A stretch of DNA of 64,000 nt from Candidatus Acidiferrum sp. (GTDB lineage: Bacteria; Acidobacteriota; Terriglobia; Acidiferrales; UBA7541). The DNA is taken from assembly GCA_036495905.1 (NCBI GenBank), contig DASXMB010000054.1, positions 529-64,528 on the forward strand, in the 5' to 3' direction. The notes beneath the pieces are model-generated. The model was not told the DNA's origin, searched no databases, and saw only the letters and a program-made list of their open reading frames with translations. The translations under genes were made by a program, and so were the position numbers. Below, piece by piece: positions 59,716-64,000 of this stretch. Each line of letters starts with the position of its first letter. The stretch's first letter is position 1.

Positions 59716-60129
59716 ATGCACACCGCGTCCATCAAATGGGTTGGCGAACAAAAATTTCTCGCCGTCGGCCAATCCGGCCATGCCGTCACCTTTGACGCCG
59801 ACCGTCAATCCAACAAAGCCCCCGGTCCCATGGAGATGCTCTTGCTGGCCCTCGGCGCCTGCACTTCCGTCGACGTCGTCACCGTCCTCCAAAAAAAACG
59901 CCAGAAACTCGAATCGCTGGAAGTCATCTGCTCCGGCGAACGCGCCCCCGATCCTCCGCAGGTGTGGACCAAAATCGAAGTCCTCTACCGCCTCCGCGGC
60001 ACCCTGGACGAGGCCGCCGTGAAACACGCCATCGAACTCAGCGAAGACAAATATTGTTCCGTCGCCGCCACCTTGAAAAAAAGCGCCACGCTTACCTGGC
60101 GCTACGAGATTCTTCCGCCAAACTCATGA
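59716..60129 (+). CDS. OsmC-family peroxiredoxin-like protein
   Basis: GGAGG RBS, MHTASIKWVGEQKFLAVGQSGHAVTFDAD...PMEMLLLALGACTSVDVV...ELSEDKYCSVAATL, the two conserved Cys contexts of OsmC/Ohr. The upstream part of the track ORF is repeat sequence. Confidence 0.85.
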   Translation: MHTASIKWVGEQKFLAVGQSGHAVTFDADRQSNKAPGPMEMLLLALGACTSVDVVTVLQKKRQKLESLEVICSGERAPDPPQVWTKIEVLYRLRGTLDEAAVKHAIELSEDKYCSVAATLKKSATLTWRYEILPPNS

Positions 60130-60376
60130 GCCCATCGCCGGCCGCCCCTCCGCGCAAGGCTCCGCCTTGTAACGTCGCCACAACTCCGCGCCAAAATTCC
60201 TTAACCGTGCTCCGTGCCGTCTCGGAAGTTGCACTTCGTCGCTGTGCCGCAACGTCGCATTCTCTCGATGCCACTGTGCGTTGTTTCCGCAGCGCCGCTT
60301 TGTCTTGTCACTCCACAGCGCCATCGCATAGAATTCATGAACTCTTTTGCAGTCGACGGAGTTTCCAGGGAGCGTC

Positions 60377-61372
60377 ATGTCTCATCGCATAGCGGCCAAA
60401 ATCACCGGTGTCGCGGGTTACGTTCCGCCCAGCGTAATTACCAATGCCGACCTCGAAAAATTGGTGGCCACCAACGACGAATGGATTCGCGAGCGTACCG
60501 GCATTCGCGAACGCCACAAAGTCGAACCGGGAATGGCCACCTCGCATCTCGCCACCGAAGCCGCGAAAATTCTGCTCGCGCAAACCAAAACCGATCCCGC
60601 CGAAATCGATTTGATAATCGTCGCCAGCGTTACTCCCGATATGTTTTTTCCAGCCACTGCGTGTCTGGTGCAAGACCGCATCGGCGCGAAAAAAGCCTGG
60701 GGCTTCGATCTTTCCGCCGCTTGCTCGGGATTTGCTTACGCGCTCACTGTTGGCGCGCAATTTGTCGGCGCCGGCACTCACAAAAAAGCTCTGGTCATCG
60801 GCAGCGATACCATGACCTCGATCCTCGACTACAAAGACCGCGCCACTTGCGTTTTGTTTGGAGATGGCGCTGGCGCCGTTCTGTTGGAGCCCGCGAGTGA
60901 TGGTGAAGGAATCTTGGATTTCACGCACGACGTCGATGGCTCCGGCGGCCAATATTTATATATGCCCGGCGGCGGCTCGCTAAATCCTTCGACTCGCGAA
61001 ACCGTTGAAAAAAATATGCACGTGGTTCACCAGGAAGGCTCGCAAGTTTTCAAATATGCCGTGCGTCGCATGGCCGAACTTGCCGCCGACCTGATCGAAC
61101 GCAATGGATTCACCAGCGACGATCTCGCGCTTGTCGTTCCGCATCAAGCCAATCTGCGAATTATTCGCGCCATGCAACAGCGCCTCGGTGTGGACGATTC
61201 CAAAGTTATGGTGAATATCGATCTTTACGGAAATACTACGGCGGGAACGATTCCACTGGGCCTGCGCGATGCCGTCGCGCAAAAACGTTTGAAAAAAGGG
61301 GATCTCGTGCTGCTGGCCGCCGTTGGCGCGGGCTATACCACCGGCGGCCTTCTGCTTCGCTGGGCATACTGA
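60377..61372 (+). CDS. fabH: 3-oxoacyl-ACP synthase III
   Basis: [47 protein letters not shown]...[10 protein letters not shown]...HQANLRII...[10 protein letters not shown]. Confidence 0.9.
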   Translation: MSHRIAAKITGVAGYVPPSVITNADLEKLVATNDEWIRERTGIRERHKVEPGMATSHLATEAAKILLAQTKTDPAEIDLIIVASVTPDMFFPATACLVQDRIGAKKAWGFDLSAACSGFAYALTVGAQFVGAGTHKKALVIGSDTMTSILDYKDRATCVLFGDGAGAVLLEPASDGEGILDFTHDVDGSGGQYLYMPGGGSLNPSTRETVEKNMHVVHQEGSQVFKYAVRRMAELAADLIERNGFTSDDLALVVPHQANLRIIRAMQQRLGVDDSKVMVNIDLYGNTTAGTIPLGLRDAVAQKRLKKGDLVLLAAVGAGYTTGGLLLRWAY

Positions 61373-61420
61373 GAGCGTATTGATTCGCGGGCTAGCGAGC
61401 GTTACGAAAGCACGCACTCA

Positions 61421-61825
61421 CTAGCAAGAGCGAATCGCGGCTGCCATTTCCAGGTTGGCTTGCAAGCGGCGGTCAATCTGCACCGCAACGTAGCGCGCGC
61501 AAATCGCCGTCTCTCGCCGGCCCCACGCGGCCACTGCCGGGATGCGCTGTCCAGCAAGCATGCTGATCGCGTCCACGACGTGGAAGTAGCACCGCACGAC
61601 GCCCAGGCCGCTGGACCCGGCATCGAGTTTCGGAGTGAGCTTGTGCAGACCCGCGAAGGTCTGAAAATGTTCACCCGTCACTTCGCCGTTTTCGACTCTC
61701 GCGGCAGACAGCACGCGGTCGGAAACCGGCTGAGCTGCTACGCCGGCAAGAATCGCTCTCCAGTAATAAAGAGCGAACTGGGAAAGGGCCACAATTGAAA
61801 TCGTAAATAGCATGGCGGCAAACAT
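61421..61825 (-). CDS. Hypothetical protein with an N-terminal TM helix
   Basis: 134-aa ORF MFAAMLFTISIVALSQFALYYW.... No family recognised. Confidence 0.4.
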   Translation of the reverse strand: MFAAMLFTISIVALSQFALYYWRAILAGVAAQPVSDRVLSAARVENGEVTGEHFQTFAGLHKLTPKLDAGSSGLGVVRCYFHVVDAISMLAGQRIPAVAAWGRRETAICARYVAVQIDRRLQANLEMAAAIRSC

Positions 61826-62012
61826 ACCTTAGCCTCGATTCGTATTCTGCTCGCGCACTCTGCCCTGGCCAATAGGTCAGTGGTACCATTCGCGATAGAC
61901 CGAACGGGTTAAGTTTCTTGAAATAAGCGGTTTACAGGATAAAAATAGGCCGAAAGAGCGCCAGAAAAAGACACAAACAGCGGCAAAATTTGTTCACGAC
62001 AGGGGGAAGAGA

Positions 62013-62489
62013 ATGCAAAAGTTCAGAAAGTTTTCTTGGTTTGGCCTCGTTCTGTTCTGCGCGCTGGCTGCATCCGTGCCGTTACTGCGCGGAAAAGAAG
62101 ATTCGCGGCAAAGCGATCGCGCGGCAATCACAAAAGTTTTGAACGCGCAGCAAGCGGCTTGGAATCGCGGCGAGGTCGACGAATTTCTCAAGGGATATTG
62201 GCATTCGCCGGAGCTCACTTTTTCCGGAAGCGGTGGAGTTTCGCGCGGATGGGATGGAGTTCACCAACACTACAAAGCGGCGTATCCGGATCGCGCGGCG
62301 ATGGGTCAATTGAATTTTTCGGAACTGGAATTTCGATTTCTTGGACCGAATTCCGCTTTGGTTTTAGGACGCTGGCATTTGGCGCGAGAAAAAGGCGATG
62401 TCGGCGGAGTGTTTTCCCTGGTGTGGGAAAAGTTTCCTGAAGGCTGGCGCATTATCCACGATCACACCAGCGCGGATGAAAGGAAATAG
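62013..62489 (+). CDS. SnoaL-like / DUF4440 (NTF2-fold) secreted protein
   Basis: Signal peptide, then ITKVLNAQQAAWNRGEVDEFLKGYW...LGRWHL...GWRIIHDHTS. Confidence 0.7.
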   Translation: MQKFRKFSWFGLVLFCALAASVPLLRGKEDSRQSDRAAITKVLNAQQAAWNRGEVDEFLKGYWHSPELTFSGSGGVSRGWDGVHQHYKAAYPDRAAMGQLNFSELEFRFLGPNSALVLGRWHLAREKGDVGGVFSLVWEKFPEGWRIIHDHTSADERK

Positions 62490-62503
62490 ATGAAAGGAAA
62501 TAA

Positions 62504-62995
62504 ATGAAAGACGGGCTGCTCTACCGGCGAGTAGTGCGGCCGATTCTGGATTTGCTGCGGCAGGGAGTTACGCCGGAGAAAATTGCCATGAGCGCGGCGC
62601 TCGGCGTGGCGCTGGGAACATTTCCGGTGATGGGTTTGACCACGGCCATGTGCGCGGTGGTGGCGCTGGTTTGGCGCCTGAATTTAGCGGCCATTCAAAT
62701 TGTGAATTATCTGGTGTATCCGCTGCAGATAATTTTGCTGCTGCCATTTTACGGTCTGGGCGAAAAACTTTTCCACGCTCCGCATCTGGAAGCGATCACC
62801 ATTCCGAAGATGATCGAAATGTTGCGCACCGACCAGCAAGGAACGCTGGCGCTGCTCCTGACGGCGACGTGGCACGCGATTGCCGTTTGGTGCGTGGCCG
62901 CGCCGGTGTTTGCAGCGATCACTTATTTCGCGATGCTGCCCGCGCTGCGGCGTGTTTTGCGCAAACAAGTTGCGCAAAATGCCGCGCCGATGTGA
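62504..62995 (+). CDS. DUF2062-family membrane protein
   Basis: GVTPEKIAMSAALGVALGTFPVMGLTT...QIVNYLVYPLQIILLLPFY, typical of DUF2062. Confidence 0.7.
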   Translation: MKDGLLYRRVVRPILDLLRQGVTPEKIAMSAALGVALGTFPVMGLTTAMCAVVALVWRLNLAAIQIVNYLVYPLQIILLLPFYGLGEKLFHAPHLEAITIPKMIEMLRTDQQGTLALLLTATWHAIAVWCVAAPVFAAITYFAMLPALRRVLRKQVAQNAAPM

Positions 62996-63110
62996 AAAGT
63001 AGAGGTGATGAAAGGTAGAAGACGCGACGAAAGGAGAAACCGTTGTTGCTGTCTGGCGATTTTGCATCGCGACAAGACGATTTTTGAATCGCACAAACGA
63101 TGTTGAATCG

Positions 63111-64000
63111 CTACAAAATGTCGAGAACGTCTTCGTAGCGTTTGAAAGGAGGAATTACATACGCGCCGGCGAGTTCGGTGCGCGCCCAGGTCAGCATTTC
63201 TTTGGCTAGCTCGAAACCGCGATCGCGCGCCGCAACTCCGGCGGCATCGAGAGATTTCAGCACGGGTTCTGGAATCACAATGCCGGGAACTTCGTTGTTC
63301 AGGCGCAACGCTTGCTTGTAACTGTTCAGCGGCCAGATGCCGATCAGAATCGGAATCGGCGATTTGCCGCCAAGTTTTTTCAGAAAATCGTGCCAGTGTT
63401 GCGGATCGAAAAGCGGCTGGGTCATTGCAAAGTGCGCGCCGGCTTCGATTTTTGCGTGGAAGCGTTCAATTTCCGCTTCGAGATCGTCGGCAACGGGATT
63501 TAGCGCGACGCCGATGGCAAAATTCGTGGAGCCGCCGAGAGTTTTGCCGGCCCAGTCCGTTCCCTGGTTCAAGCGATTGAGAACTTTCACCAGGCCGACG
63601 GAATCCACTTCGTAAACGCCGCTGGTTTCCGGATAGTCGCCGACGGATGGCGGATCGCCGGTGATAGCGAGAACGTTGCGAACGCCACCCACGGTCCATG
63701 CGCCGAGCAGCATGGCTTGCAAACCGATGATGTTGAAATCGCGCGTGGTGAGATGCGGAACGGTTTCCACGCCGCGTGCTTCCAGCGCACCGGCGGTGAT
63801 CAGAGCGTCCATGCCGACGCGAGCCATTGCGCCGCTGTTGATGTCGATGGCGTCGACTTTTTGCGAAGCCATGATTCTGTCGACTTGCTCGAAAATGCGT
63901 TCGAGCGAAACGCCTTTAGGCGGATCGATTTCGACGCAAACAGTGAATTCTTTGGCTTGGAGTTTTTTCCAGAATTTGCTTTCTGGATCGCGCTGAGCGA
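63111..64000 (-). CDS. Methylenetetrahydrofolate-reductase-domain protein; the 5' end lies beyond the right edge of the window
   Basis: The frame stays open upstream of the ATG at 63872 up to position 64000 (...FWKKLQAKEFTVCVEIDPPKGVSLERIFEQVDRIMASQKVDAIDINSG...HLTTRD...AITGDPP...FAMTQPLFD). This is an MTHFR fold, and it may be the C-terminal half of a bifunctional homocysteine methyltransferase/MTHFR. Confidence 0.8.
   Translation of the reverse strand, partial: AQRDPESKFWKKLQAKEFTVCVEIDPPKGVSLERIFEQVDRIMASQKVDAIDINSGAMARVGMDALITAGALEARGVETVPHLTTRDFNIIGLQAMLLGAWTVGGVRNVLAITGDPPSVGDYPETSGVYEVDSVGLVKVLNRLNQGTDWAGKTLGGSTNFAIGVALNPVADDLEAEIERFHAKIEAGAHFAMTQPLFDPQHWHDFLKKLGGKSPIPILIGIWPLNSYKQALRLNNEVPGIVIPEPVLKSLDAAGVAARDRGFELAKEMLTWARTELAGAYVIPPFKRYEDVLDIL

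Overview
This 64-kb window is mostly housekeeping chromosome from a roughly 58% GC bacterium. Gene content and the intergenic repeat families look Acidobacteriota-like, but that is a guess. I found no rRNA, tRNA, CRISPR array, transposase or integrase.

Recognisable genes:
- purQ-purL-purF, on the minus strand
- an NfeD/SPFH pair, glmU and lpxC
- an S41 protease and a CPBP protease
- rnr, serC, a pirin gene and gltA
- rpmE
- an F-type ATPase operon (b', b, delta, alpha, gamma, beta, epsilon)
- nagA, htpX, clpB and queA
- dksA-like, comF-like and HNH genes
- a transglutaminase-like protein, an M48 peptidase, a ROK kinase, an OsmC gene and fabH
- an MTHFR-domain gene that runs off the right edge

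The most interesting region is 15.6-19.3 kb, a compact minus-strand island between rnr and serC. It encodes, in order:
- an HprK-like P-loop kinase
- a PqqD-type RRE
- a radical-SAM/SPASM enzyme
- a 56-aa peptide that is not in the ORF track; it has a YxxP leader motif, two Cys and a C-terminal Ser
- an S24/S26 peptidase

This looks like a RiPP pathway without any lasso cyclase.

Other points worth a second look:
- an in-frame TAA at codon 23 of purL
- a four-helix-bundle (23S-IVS/Avd-like) gene, flanked by inverted repeats, inserted between atpG and atpD
- composite repeats that supply the last codons and stop of two unrelated genes and bracket an orphan gene
- paralogous promoter-bearing modules upstream of rnr and osmC
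- several orphan promoter/terminator pairs that suggest small RNAs or leaders
- a long disordered insertion in RNase R
- a basic tail on GlmU

All functional calls come from reading the translated motifs. No database search was run.
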